A program made the translations under genes and the position numbers. Of a DNA stretch of 64,000 nt, positions 19,134-28,506 are shown piece by piece; the first letter of the stretch is position 1; every line of letters begins with the position of its first letter. Under the pieces are notes generated by a model. That model saw only the letters and a program-made list of their open reading frames with translations, ran no database searches and had not been told where the DNA came from. Origin of the DNA: Akkermansiaceae bacterium (GTDB lineage Bacteria > Verrucomicrobiota > Verrucomicrobiia > Verrucomicrobiales > Akkermansiaceae). Where the stretch lies: assembly GCA_041748235.1 (NCBI GenBank), contig JBGTDO010000029.1, forward strand, positions 6,345-70,344. The letters run 5' to 3'.

Positions 19134-20873
19134 TTATTTTCTCGCGGCCTCCCGCCCCGACTTGCGGAGCATTCGTTTCACCTTCGCCAAGCGTGCGCCG
19201 TAAGATGGGTGATTCTGAATTTCCGCAAAGGTCAGCGGCAGGCGCTCGCACCAGGTTTCAAGTCCGTAGCTGCCGGGCAAATTGAATCGAAGCGGCAGTC
19301 CTAACAGATCGCTGCACATCAGGACCGCGAGTCGGCTCCTGCTGTTAAAAAGCGCCTGCTGCAGCGCGTCGAGCAGTTCCTCCGTCAATAAATCAGGCGC
19401 AGGCTCCTCCCATCCGGCGAAACCCAGAAGCCACTCGAGCTCGTCCGAAGCCTTTCCGGAGGGATCTTTCCTCGCCTCCCCGAGGAGGTGAAGGTAGGAC
19501 ATCGCCAAGGGGGCGTTGTCGTGGTTCGCGTATGTCGCCAGTGCCAACTCGCGCAGCTCGACCTCGGCTGGATCCTGGTCAGGTGAGCGCTCGAGCTGAG
19601 GAAAGGCGAGATTTGCCAGAGGCAGCTCCTCAAGAAATAGGCTCATATATTCGGGCATTTCCCCCATGATTTCCGCCACCAGATCCATCGGCCCCGCCTC
19701 TTCACGAATGATTCCCAGCAGCTCACGGCCCTGCCGCTCATTGATACGGGCGAAATCGGGATAATCATCGGGCCCGGGGAGAAAGCGGGGGAGCTTTCCT
19801 CCGGTTTTCAGGGCGGCTTCCAGAGGAGTTAGAGTGGAGAACTCCGAATGGCGTGCCCCGCCTCTCCAAGGAAAAACGTAGACCCTGAAGTAGCCTCTCA
19901 AATGGTCGAGCCGGCACATGTGAAAAAACTTTCGCTGCCGTGCGACTCTTCCGCGCAGCCAATGGAAGCCGCTGAGCCGGTGGTTTTCCCATCGGTAAGG
20001 CGGTAGGTCCCAGTTCTGCCCCCAGACCGAAGCGTCCTTGTTGGTGTCGAAGTGCGCGAGGGGCCGGGTCCCCATGTTCCATTCCGTATCGAAAAGTTCG
20101 GGGAAGGCCCAAACATCGGCACTGCCACGTCCAACGCCGAAGGATATCTCACCCATCAGCCACACGTCCCGATCCTCCGCATGGCGCCGCACCCCGAGCC
20201 ACTGTTTCTCCGCGACCCACTGGATGAAGGCATACCCGCTTCTCACTTCCTCTAGGCGATCGCGGTCCGGATGCTGCTGCAGCCAATCGGTTGCACCGGC
20301 CATGCTCTGATGATCGGGACGCCATTGCTGCCAGTCCGCATTGCCCTCGTACTCGCGGATCAACAGCCGGAACATTGTGTAGGATTCGAGCCAATCTCGC
20401 TCCGTCTCTAGAAACTTTTCCATCCCATTTTTCTGCTCCAGCTCCGGCTGATTTTGAAAATGGTGCCACGCCCGCTCCAGAACTTGGATCTTCAAAGGAT
20501 GCACAGCCCCGTGTTTTACCGCCCCCTGACGGAGCTGCGAGCGCCACGCGTCCGGTGCCGCCACCTTGAGATCGTCTTCTCTTAGGCCGGGGACTTCCTC
20601 TGGATGAAGGTGGACATACGCCGGAGAGAGCGCCCGCGAGCTGATCGGATTGTAAGGGCTGTGATCGAGAAACGTTTCATGGATCGGCAGAATCTGTAAA
20701 ACTTTGAAACCGTTTTCCGCGCAGAAGTCGATCGCCTCCCGGACCGCCCGCGTGTCGCCAATCCCAAAATCGTCGGCGTGCCTCATCGCAAAAACGGGAA
20801 TCAGCAGCCCGCCGCTGCGCATCTCCAGTGGGAGCGTGTGTTTTTTTTCTCGGTATGCCTCTGGATGCATCAA
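19134..20873 (-). CDS. malQ: 4-alpha-glucanotransferase (amylomaltase, GH77)
   Basis: GIGD, LQILPI, SPYNPISS, GQNWDLPPYRW, RLDHLRGYFR, ANHDN, FNLPG. Confidence 0.88.
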   Translation of the reverse strand: MMHPEAYREKKHTLPLEMRSGGLLIPVFAMRHADDFGIGDTRAVREAIDFCAENGFKVLQILPIHETFLDHSPYNPISSRALSPAYVHLHPEEVPGLREDDLKVAAPDAWRSQLRQGAVKHGAVHPLKIQVLERAWHHFQNQPELEQKNGMEKFLETERDWLESYTMFRLLIREYEGNADWQQWRPDHQSMAGATDWLQQHPDRDRLEEVRSGYAFIQWVAEKQWLGVRRHAEDRDVWLMGEISFGVGRGSADVWAFPELFDTEWNMGTRPLAHFDTNKDASVWGQNWDLPPYRWENHRLSGFHWLRGRVARQRKFFHMCRLDHLRGYFRVYVFPWRGGARHSEFSTLTPLEAALKTGGKLPRFLPGPDDYPDFARINERQGRELLGIIREEAGPMDLVAEIMGEMPEYMSLFLEELPLANLAFPQLERSPDQDPAEVELRELALATYANHDNAPLAMSYLHLLGEARKDPSGKASDELEWLLGFAGWEEPAPDLLTEELLDALQQALFNSRSRLAVLMCSDLLGLPLRFNLPGSYGLETWCERLPLTFAEIQNHPSYGARLAKVKRMLRKSGREAARK

Positions 20874-21119
20874 GAATCGGTTTAGCTACAATCATACCAG
20901 ACGTACGTATATCCACTATGCAGTGGCTTCAGTAGAAATAGTCGGGAGTTAAAGGCACAGTCTCCGTGCAGCGTGCACTGGAGCCGACGCGATATGCAAC
21001 TCGACGAGCTACCGGTTTCGCCCCGCGATCCTATATCTCAGCGGGATCAACAGCAGGTGACGCCCGTCTTTCCAGCGGTCAACAGGCTTCGCTTTAGCCG
21101 CTTCCGCCCTTCATCCCCG

Positions 21120-21135
21120 TGGCATAATCATTGCT
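21120..21135 (+). promoter_or_regulatory. Candidate sigma54 (-24/-12) promoter
   Basis: TGGCAT-AATCA-TTGCT matches TGGCAC-N5-TTGCW with exact spacing, about 60 nt upstream of ATG 21194. Confidence 0.6.
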
Positions 21136-21193
21136 CGAAAGGAACTGCGTCAAAGCCGCCCTCCAATCCCCTCCATTTCCGATCTATAAAGCC

Positions 21194-21694
21194 ATGCCTC
21201 TGAATTCACTTGAAGATCTCCTAATCGAGAAGCTGCAGGACATCCATAGCGCCGAGGAACAACTCGTTGAAGCACTGCCCGAAATGGCCCGCGCCGCCAG
21301 TCACCCCCATCTCCAGAGAGCTCTTCAGAAGCACTCGGAGCAGACTCACGTGCACGTGCAGCGGCTTGAAAAGGTCATGATGAGCCTCGACGCCCGCCCT
21401 GCCGGGAAGCGCAGCAAGGCAATGAACAGCCTGATTGAGGAAGGTGAGGAATTCTTCAAAAAAGCAGGCAAAGATTCGGTTAAAGACATCGCCCTGATTT
21501 GCTCCGCGCAAAAGGTTGAGCATTTCGAGATCTCAGCCTACGGCTCAGCCCGAGCTCTTGCCCGGCTGCTGGGCCGCGAGGAAATGGCTGCAGTGTTAAC
21601 TGAAACACTTGATGAGGAGAGCAAGGCTGATGCGGACCTCACGGCTATCGCCCACACAATTCATTCCCAAGCTCTGGTCGGCCACCACTTCTAG
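21194..21694 (+). CDS. DUF892 / YciF-like ferritin-like protein
   Basis: LEDLLIEKLQDIHSAEEQL...ALPEM...QKVEHFEISAYGS...TLDEESKAD. Confidence 0.9.
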   Translation: MPLNSLEDLLIEKLQDIHSAEEQLVEALPEMARAASHPHLQRALQKHSEQTHVHVQRLEKVMMSLDARPAGKRSKAMNSLIEEGEEFFKKAGKDSVKDIALICSAQKVEHFEISAYGSARALARLLGREEMAAVLTETLDEESKADADLTAIAHTIHSQALVGHHF

Positions 21695-21741
21695 GCTTCG
21701 GCTTCAACAAATGGTGGCTCACACCCGCTCCCCTAACTCAT

Positions 21742-21927
21742 ATGAAAATACCGCACATATCATCTCTGGCGCTGCTGGCCCTGCTGGGCACCGGCGCTCC
21801 GTTTCTCCAATCCTGCGACCATGAGACCTCCATCAATGAGGAGCGCAGCCTCGAAGAGATCGAGCCGGGCTCCGTCCCTGGCACCAGCTCAGTAACGGGA
21901 ACCGAAAGTCTAAACGACTCCGAATGA
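21742..21927 (+). CDS. Small putative lipoprotein
   Basis: MKIPHISSLALLALLGTGAPFLQSC lipobox-like signal with an acidic tail; ATGA overlap with the next gene. Confidence 0.55.
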   Translation: MKIPHISSLALLALLGTGAPFLQSCDHETSINEERSLEEIEPGSVPGTSSVTGTESLNDSE

Positions 21928-22427
21928 TGTCTATCGACACCCCCCACAAACTCCTGATTGACCAGCTTCAAGACATTCTCAGCTTCGAGAAGCAACTGGA
22001 GAACGCGATGCCGGAACTCGTCGAGATGGCCTGCGGTCCTGAGCTCAACGAGCTTCTGGAAGACCATCTCGAACAAACGCACGAGCACCGATCAAGGGTC
22101 GAGCACATCCTCGATCGGCTGGGTGCCGATCAGGGGGATTCCCCCTGCAAAGCCATGCAGGGCCTGATCGAAGGAGGCTCCAACCACCTGAAGCAAACCA
22201 AGGGCGCTGAGATCCGTGATCTGCTGATGGTCGCCCACTGCACGCGGATCGAGGCTTATGAAATCGCCGCTTACAATTTCGCCATCTCAATCGCCGAACG
22301 TCTCGGGCTGAACGAGGAGGCCGAGCTGCTCCGCCTATCGAGAAACGACGAGCAGCTGACCAGCGACCAACTTTCATTTCTCTCCCCTTTGGAAGCCGCT
22401 GAGGAGGACGGCAAGACCCGGCTCTAG
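21924..22427 (+). CDS. DUF892 / YciE-YciF ferritin-like protein (second paralogue)
   Basis: LIDQLQDILSFEKQL...HLEQT...CKAMQGLIE...IEAYEIAAY. Confidence 0.88.
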   Translation: MMSIDTPHKLLIDQLQDILSFEKQLENAMPELVEMACGPELNELLEDHLEQTHEHRSRVEHILDRLGADQGDSPCKAMQGLIEGGSNHLKQTKGAEIRDLLMVAHCTRIEAYEIAAYNFAISIAERLGLNEEAELLRLSRNDEQLTSDQLSFLSPLEAAEEDGKTRL

Positions 22428-22684
22428 GGGTCTGTAGAATTTCTATGAAATCTTAAGCCATCGACACCTTCGATCTGGCGCCGGGCGTGCCATTTCCGCA
22501 GGGAGCGACCTAGGACGGTGAAGGTGTGAGTTTTTTCACGGATGAGGACGGGTCGAAGGCGCGATGACTGGAGCTGAAACGTTACTTTCCTCACACCTAA
22601 GTAGTCCAAATTGTTAGAAAATAAATGTAACTAAATCTTTACAGGATGCCTGGGAGTCTGTAGTCCGACGCCGTTCCCACCCCT

Positions 22685-23548
22685 ATGACCCCAAAACCCC
22701 CTGCGTTTATTGTGGCGTTCCTTTGCGCCGTTTCGTCCCTCAATGCCGCGATTTCCGTCACCGGTTCCACGGTCGGCTGGAATGCGGTGCTCTACGACGA
22801 CACCGACCAAAATAATACAAGAGGTGCGGCTGATAATGTCGTGGGCGATGCGAATCATCCGTCTTTCTACACACGATTCTCCGACGGGGAAATGGGCTTT
22901 CGCATCCGTGTTGCAGGCGGGAAGAATTCGGGTTTCGATGAAAGCGCCTGGGTGGGGGTTGATCTCAACTATGATGGTAAGATTGATCTCTTCGTAGGGG
23001 CGATGGGTTCCTCGCGTGAAGTGGGGATCTACCATACCGGGGCGGGAGAGAACATATCTCCCAGCACTACGAGCGTCGATACGAGCAAACCATACACTAC
23101 TTCGAACTTCGCCACGAGTTTCAGCTTCGACGCTGTGTCGAAATCCACAGACCCCATGGCGACCGATTACAATATCGAAGGGGCGAATGGAAAGAAGGCG
23201 ACGAACTACTTTGTGAGCTTCAAGGTGTCCTTTTCAGAACTGGAGAAGGCGGTGACGAGTCTGGGGCTGCCGGGTGTTTCCCTCACCAAGGAATCACCGC
23301 TGCGTTATTTGGTGGCGATGGGCGACGATAAGAGGAACTCAGCCTCACCTTTAGTCTCACTTGCCCCGAAGACAAATGGTCAGAATAATAATACGGGCAC
23401 CACCACGACGACACCAGAAACTTGGGAAGAGAGTGGCGCACTAACGAGTTCCTATAGTTCGACAGGTGTCGTGCAGGTCCCGGAGCCGTCGAGCGCCGCT
23501 TTGCTCTGCTTGCCGTTGCTTCTCTGCTGGAAGAGGAAGAGAGGATAG
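22685..23548 (+). CDS. PEP-CTERM sorted surface protein
   Basis: Signal peptide; C-terminal VPEPSSAALLCLPLLLCWKRKRG. Confidence 0.88.
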   Translation: MTPKPPAFIVAFLCAVSSLNAAISVTGSTVGWNAVLYDDTDQNNTRGAADNVVGDANHPSFYTRFSDGEMGFRIRVAGGKNSGFDESAWVGVDLNYDGKIDLFVGAMGSSREVGIYHTGAGENISPSTTSVDTSKPYTTSNFATSFSFDAVSKSTDPMATDYNIEGANGKKATNYFVSFKVSFSELEKAVTSLGLPGVSLTKESPLRYLVAMGDDKRNSASPLVSLAPKTNGQNNNTGTTTTTPETWEESGALTSSYSSTGVVQVPEPSSAALLCLPLLLCWKRKRG

Positions 23549-23611
23549 GTGTCCAGATTCCAATCCTCCCTCGGATGTATTCGAGGATCATGATAATTCC
23601 GCAGGCACCAC

Positions 23612-24040
23612 CTAAAATGGATTGTGGTCCGGGTAGCCAAGGATCTCAACTTCAGGATCGCTGCTGAGGATGTCCCGGATGCATGCGAGGAGGTCTGTAA
23701 CGTGGTCGCGAGTATCTATAAACTGGAGCTCGGACCAAGACCACGTGAGCCCGGGCTTTTGGCTGACTTCTATCAGGAACTGGTGGACCGGCGGAAAGTC
23801 CGGTGACGAGCTGACGGTGAGGCCGAGGGGAAACGGAGCTCCATCGATCTCGATCCACCAGCTGCCGTTCTCACAGCTCACCTCAGGGATCTCGTAGCCC
23901 CGGCTGCGCAGCTCGGTGGACAGGTGTTCGGCAAGAGCTTTGCCATACTTACCATCTTTTACGAGAGCATCTTCCTTTTCCTCCTCGGGAAGCACCGGGA
24001 ATCTCGGAGACCAAATGTGTATGCAGGATGGCTGGGACAT
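23612..24040 (-). CDS. Hypothetical protein
   Basis: 142-aa ORF filling the gap, protein-like (FPVLPEEE...YGKALAEHL...LRSRGY). Confidence 0.6.
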   Translation of the reverse strand: MSQPSCIHIWSPRFPVLPEEEKEDALVKDGKYGKALAEHLSTELRSRGYEIPEVSCENGSWWIEIDGAPFPLGLTVSSSPDFPPVHQFLIEVSQKPGLTWSWSELQFIDTRDHVTDLLACIRDILSSDPEVEILGYPDHNPF

Positions 24041-24236
24041 ACCTTTCCTCGAATGGCGGAATAATAAATATTTTGTGCGGGAGTGGAAGAAAAATCAGTC
24101 GCTGGATTTGCGAAGTAGTAGCAGGGTTTGCGATGGGATGTTGTCTTCGATGCGGTTTGCCCTGTGGCTGGAAAAGTAGATTCGGATGGTTTTTCTCTGG
24201 CAGAGGCAATGGGCGGGGCTAGGCTGTCCGCGAGAA

Positions 24237-27200
24237 ATGGCAGAGGCTCCGTGGCATGTTCTGGTGATCGATGGGTCCGCGAGGCGGTGCGGCCAAATTG
24301 TGCGGCTGCTGCAGGAGGGGGCGGGCAGAAATTGCGGCTGCACAGCGGTGGTCACAGGTGCCGAAGGGCTGGAGTTGCTGAGACGCGCGGACGATATGGG
24401 CCCGGATTGCCTGGTGATCGCGGAGGATCTGCCGGATATGGAGGTATATGAATTTTTAGCTGCGATGGGGAGTGAGGAGGGGCCGTGCGCCCATCCGGTC
24501 GTGGTGGTGACGGAGGGAGACGGGCAAAAGGCGGCGGGGCTGCTGCGGGCAGGGGCGCAGGAGACGATTGGAGAGGGCTGGATGACGGCTGAAAGTCTCG
24601 CCCAAACAGTGAACAACGCCATCGTCCGCGTGGGGATGGATGTGGTCCGGCTCGGCGTGGAGCGGGAATTGGAAGAGGACGGGATGTTCCTCAAGCGGGT
24701 GTTGGACAATCTTTTCGCCTTTGTGGGCGTCCTGCTGCCGGATGGGACATTGGTGGATGTGAACGAGGCAACCCTGGTGAGATCGGGGCTGCGGGCGGAG
24801 CAGGTGGTGGGCAAGAAATTCTGGAACTGTTACTGGTGGAGTTATTCAAAGGAAGCCTCGGCGAAGGTGAGGCAGCAGTGTGCGCGCGCGTTGCGCGGGG
24901 AGACGGTGCGATATGATGTGCAGGTCGCCGCAGAGGACGGGGAGCTGATCTGGGTCGATTACCAGCTCGCACCTCTCTATGACGGGGAGGGCGTGGTGAC
25001 ACATCTCGTCCCGTCCGGAATGGAGATCACGGATCGCAAGCGCGTGGAACGGGAACTGCGGACCGAAGAGGCTCGTTTCCGCAAAACTTTTGAAAACGCC
25101 GCCATCGGCATGGCCCATGTCGGGACCGACGGCCGTTGGCTGCGGGTGAACGGTGCCCTCTGCGCGATGCTGGGCTACAGCCGGGAGGAGCTGCAGAAGC
25201 GGACCTTCGGGGACATCACCCATCCGGATGATCTGGCGGGCGATCTGGAGCAGGTGGACCGTTTGCTCTCGGACGAGATCGATACATACGCGCTTGAAAA
25301 ACGCTATTTTCACCGCGACGGATCCATTGTCTGGGGGCGCCTGACCGTCTCCCTGCTCCGGGATGGAAAAGGAAAGCCGCTCTATTTCATCGTGGCGGTA
25401 ATGGACATCACCCGCAAAATGGCGGTCGAGGAGGAGCTTGAGAGGCAACGGCGCTTCGTGGAGCGGGTGACGGCGGTGATGCCGAGCGTGCTCTACGTTT
25501 TCCATATGGTTGAAAAGCGCAACGTGTGGCTGAACCCGCGCCTGCGTGAGCTCCTCAATTACACGGAGCAGGAGATCGCGGAGTTGGGCTCGGATTTGCT
25601 TCCAGCGATTTTTCACCCGGACGATCTCAAGCGGGTGGAGCGGCACTACGAGGTTCTGCGGACGCTTGAGGATGGAGCGACCGCCGAGATCGAGTACCGG
25701 CTGCGAAACCGCGAGGGCGAATGGCGCTGGTTCCAAAGCTACGACACTCCCTTCACCCGTGACGATCAGGGCAGAGTCTTGGAAATCATTGGAATGGCAA
25801 CGGAGGTGACGGCGCGGAAGCTGGCCCGTGACACCCTGCGGATCAGCGAGGAACGGCTGGCGTTGGGCGTGCAGGTGGCGGGGCTGGCGCTTGGGGAGAT
25901 CGATTTTGAAACAGGGAAAAATCGCCTGACAGCGGAGGCGGCGCGGATGTTCGGACTTGGGGACGAGCCGATGGTGGTTCATGAAGAAGATTTTCAGACG
26001 ACGTTTCATCCGGATGACTACTCGTATGTGATGGAGGAGGTGGCGCGCAGTCTGGATCCCGAGCATGGAGGATGGTTTTCCCTGGAGCACCGGGTGCTGC
26101 GGGATGGCGAGGTGGCTTGGATCAGGGCGAGGACGCAGGTTTTCTTCGACGGGGAGGGCGAAAGTCGGCGGGCGGTGCGGGCGGTGATGGCCGCGCTGGA
26201 TGTGACGGCTGAAAAGATCGCCGAAGAGGAGCTGCTGGAGGCGGCACGGCGGAAGGACGAGTTCCTAGCAATGCTGGGCCACGAGCTGCGCAATCCGCTG
26301 GGCGCCATCCGCCATGCTGTGCGGCTGAGGCGCGAGGCGGCGGATGATCTGAAGGTGCAGGCATGGGCTGAGGGAGTGATCGACCGGCAAAGCGTACAGC
26401 TCGTGCGGATGGTGGACGACCTGCTGGATGTGGCGCGGATCACCCGTGGAAAGATTGAACTGCAGACGGATCGGGTGAATCTGGTCGAGGTGCTGGAGCG
26501 CGCTGCCGCTGCTGCGGCTCCTCAGATGGAGCTGCGCAAACAGGAATTCGCCATCGACGCGCGGGATGAGGGGCTTTGGGTCGAGGGCGATTCGGCCCGG
26601 CTTGAGCAGGTTTTCGGAAATCTCCTGAGCAATGCGGTGAAGTACACCCAGGAAGGCGGGCACATCTCGCTGACGGGCCGTCGCGAGGGCCCGCAGGTGG
26701 TGGTGTCAGTGAAGGATGATGGGATGGGGATCGGGGAAGATCTGATGCCGTATCTTTTCGACCTTTTCCGGCAGGCGGAGACCTCGCTTGATCGCTCCCA
26801 GGGGGGGCTTGGGATCGGTCTAACAGTTGTGAAATCGTTGGTGGAATTACACGGAGGAAGCGTCTCTATCGCCAGCGCAGGGGAAGGGCGGGGGAGTGTC
26901 TTCACCGTCACGCTGCCGACTGTGGAATCAAAACCCGAAAATGGGCCGGAGGAGCTGGAAAAGGCGGAGGTGACCGATGGACACGCGCGCAAGGTCCTGG
27001 TGGTGGATGATCATGAAGATGCTGCGATCGGGTTGGGCCGCCTGCTGGAGAAGCGCGGTTTCGAGGTGCGCGTCTGCCACGATGGCGGCGAGGCGCTGCA
27101 GCTGGCAGCGAGTTTCGAGCCACAGGTGTTTCTGCTTGATCTCGGGCTGCCGGGGCTGGACGGCTTCGGTCTCGCGAGGGCGCTGCGCCAGGATCCCCGC

Positions 27201-27362
27201 TTCCAATCCGCGAGAATGGTGGCGATTTCCGGATACGCTCAGGAGAGCGATCAGGCACGCTCGAAGGAAGCGGGCTTCGACCACCACTTTGCGAAGCCGC
27301 TGAACGTCAGGAAGCTAATGGAGGTAATTGATGAAGAAGTTGGGACGGTAAATGAAACTTGA
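24237..27362 (+). CDS. Hybrid sensor histidine kinase (degenerate REC, multiple PAS/PAC, HisKA, HATPase, REC)
   Basis: PAS motifs (THPDD, FHPDD twice), FLAMLGHELRNPL, NLLSNAVKYT, DDGMGI, GLGIGL, C-terminal REC (VLVVDD...LLDLGLPGLDG...KP). Confidence 0.93.
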   Translation: MAEAPWHVLVIDGSARRCGQIVRLLQEGAGRNCGCTAVVTGAEGLELLRRADDMGPDCLVIAEDLPDMEVYEFLAAMGSEEGPCAHPVVVVTEGDGQKAAGLLRAGAQETIGEGWMTAESLAQTVNNAIVRVGMDVVRLGVERELEEDGMFLKRVLDNLFAFVGVLLPDGTLVDVNEATLVRSGLRAEQVVGKKFWNCYWWSYSKEASAKVRQQCARALRGETVRYDVQVAAEDGELIWVDYQLAPLYDGEGVVTHLVPSGMEITDRKRVERELRTEEARFRKTFENAAIGMAHVGTDGRWLRVNGALCAMLGYSREELQKRTFGDITHPDDLAGDLEQVDRLLSDEIDTYALEKRYFHRDGSIVWGRLTVSLLRDGKGKPLYFIVAVMDITRKMAVEEELERQRRFVERVTAVMPSVLYVFHMVEKRNVWLNPRLRELLNYTEQEIAELGSDLLPAIFHPDDLKRVERHYEVLRTLEDGATAEIEYRLRNREGEWRWFQSYDTPFTRDDQGRVLEIIGMATEVTARKLARDTLRISEERLALGVQVAGLALGEIDFETGKNRLTAEAARMFGLGDEPMVVHEEDFQTTFHPDDYSYVMEEVARSLDPEHGGWFSLEHRVLRDGEVAWIRARTQVFFDGEGESRRAVRAVMAALDVTAEKIAEEELLEAARRKDEFLAMLGHELRNPLGAIRHAVRLRREAADDLKVQAWAEGVIDRQSVQLVRMVDDLLDVARITRGKIELQTDRVNLVEVLERAAAAAAPQMELRKQEFAIDARDEGLWVEGDSARLEQVFGNLLSNAVKYTQEGGHISLTGRREGPQVVVSVKDDGMGIGEDLMPYLFDLFRQAETSLDRSQGGLGIGLTVVKSLVELHGGSVSIASAGEGRGSVFTVTLPTVESKPENGPEELEKAEVTDGHARKVLVVDDHEDAAIGLGRLLEKRGFEVRVCHDGGEALQLAASFEPQVFLLDLGLPGLDGFGLARALRQDPRFQSARMVAISGYAQESDQARSKEAGFDHHFAKPLNVRKLMEVIDEEVGTVNET

Positions 27363-27408
27363 AAGATTTTGCTGTCCATACCGCACATCTTGTAGATAAG
27401 AAACCACC

Positions 27409-28041
27409 GTGGTTAATGAGCCTGTGACAGCGGACAACGGTTTGGACGGCATCCGGATGTTGTCGCTGCTCAGGCGTTACACCCACGATGCAAGGAATCA
27501 CCTAAACGCGATGGAGATGGAGGTCAGCCAGCTGGAGCTCCTTGATCTCAATGCGGACGGCGTGCAATCCCTTGAGCGGATGCGTAAGCAGATGAACGAA
27601 ATCGAAAAGGATCTGCGGGCTCTTTCCGTGCGTTTCATGAAGCCGGATCGCGGGCCGGTGCCAGCGGTTGATCTATTCACTCTCTGGACTTCCCGTGGTA
27701 GGACGTTTCTGCCGGGCAATGACATCCAGTGGAGCTGCGAGGTGCGCGGCGAGGTGCTGGATCTGGATTTCAGGATGGTAGCGGATGCGCTCGGCGAGAT
27801 GCTTGGCCGTTGCAGGACCGCCCCTGCGAGAGCCTCGGCCCGGCAGGTGGACGGCGCTGTCGAGTTTCTGGTAGAGTGGGAGCCGGGAGCACAGGGGACA
27901 TCGGGCCTGCCTGAGTTCGAAATGGTCATCTCCCGCAACGGCGGAACCTACAAGGAAACACCCTCCATTGATGGTGCCTCGGGGCGTTCCGCAGTCTGCC
28001 GTTTTCCACTTCATACATCTCCGCCAACCGAGAATTCGTAG
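27409..28041 (+). CDS. Histidine-kinase-like protein with H-box but degenerate ATPase domain (possible phosphotransferase)
   Basis: H-box-like RYTHDARNHLNAMEMEVSQLELL. No recognisable N/G1/F/G2 boxes in the remainder. Confidence 0.6.
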   Translation: MVNEPVTADNGLDGIRMLSLLRRYTHDARNHLNAMEMEVSQLELLDLNADGVQSLERMRKQMNEIEKDLRALSVRFMKPDRGPVPAVDLFTLWTSRGRTFLPGNDIQWSCEVRGEVLDLDFRMVADALGEMLGRCRTAPARASARQVDGAVEFLVEWEPGAQGTSGLPEFEMVISRNGGTYKETPSIDGASGRSAVCRFPLHTSPPTENS

Positions 28042-28326
28042 CGGCCTGGACCGCCTCTTGCGGCCGTTCAGGTGATCTCAGCTCCCTTGAGGGACACCTT
28101 GGCCTCGAGAATACCAGGCATGTCTGAATCCGGATACGCCCGCAGCCTCACGAGCGACACAGTCGTCACGCCCGCCGATCTCGATGTTCTCAGCGGCTGG
28201 CTGAGAGAGCGTTTCCCCTGAACATCCGGATCCCATTGCCCTGCAGCAGGGAAAAGTGGTTGCTCGTCTGAAAACTCTCTTGCTGTCGGGCTCCCCAGGT
28301 GCTTGCCTCACCCCGCACCCTCCAAC

Positions 28327-28401
28327 GCCGCTGTAGCTCAGGGGTAGAGCAGCTCATTCGTAATGAGCAGGTCGTCGGTTCAAATCCGACCAGCGGCTCC
28401 A
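28327..28401 (+). tRNA. tRNA-Thr (CGT)
   Basis: GCCGCTGTAGCTCAGGGGTAGAGCAGCTCATTCGTAATGAGCAGGTCGTCGGTTCAAATCCGACCAGCGGCTCCA. Confidence 0.97.
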
Positions 28402-28506
28402 TTTTTGGCATCGATCATTACGCTCTCAGCTACACCCTTGTGTATCAGTTTGAGGGATCGCGGAGGTGCTTCCTAAGCTCTTGTGTTAGAGGCAGACTGC
28501 ACGGTG

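Noticed and set aside
24846-26090. 414-aa minus-strand ORF
   Set aside because: Antisense to the well-supported hybrid kinase.
16996-28401. Integrative element at tRNA-Lys or tRNA-Thr
   Set aside because: No integrase or transposase, and no duplicated tRNA 3' end found by eye.
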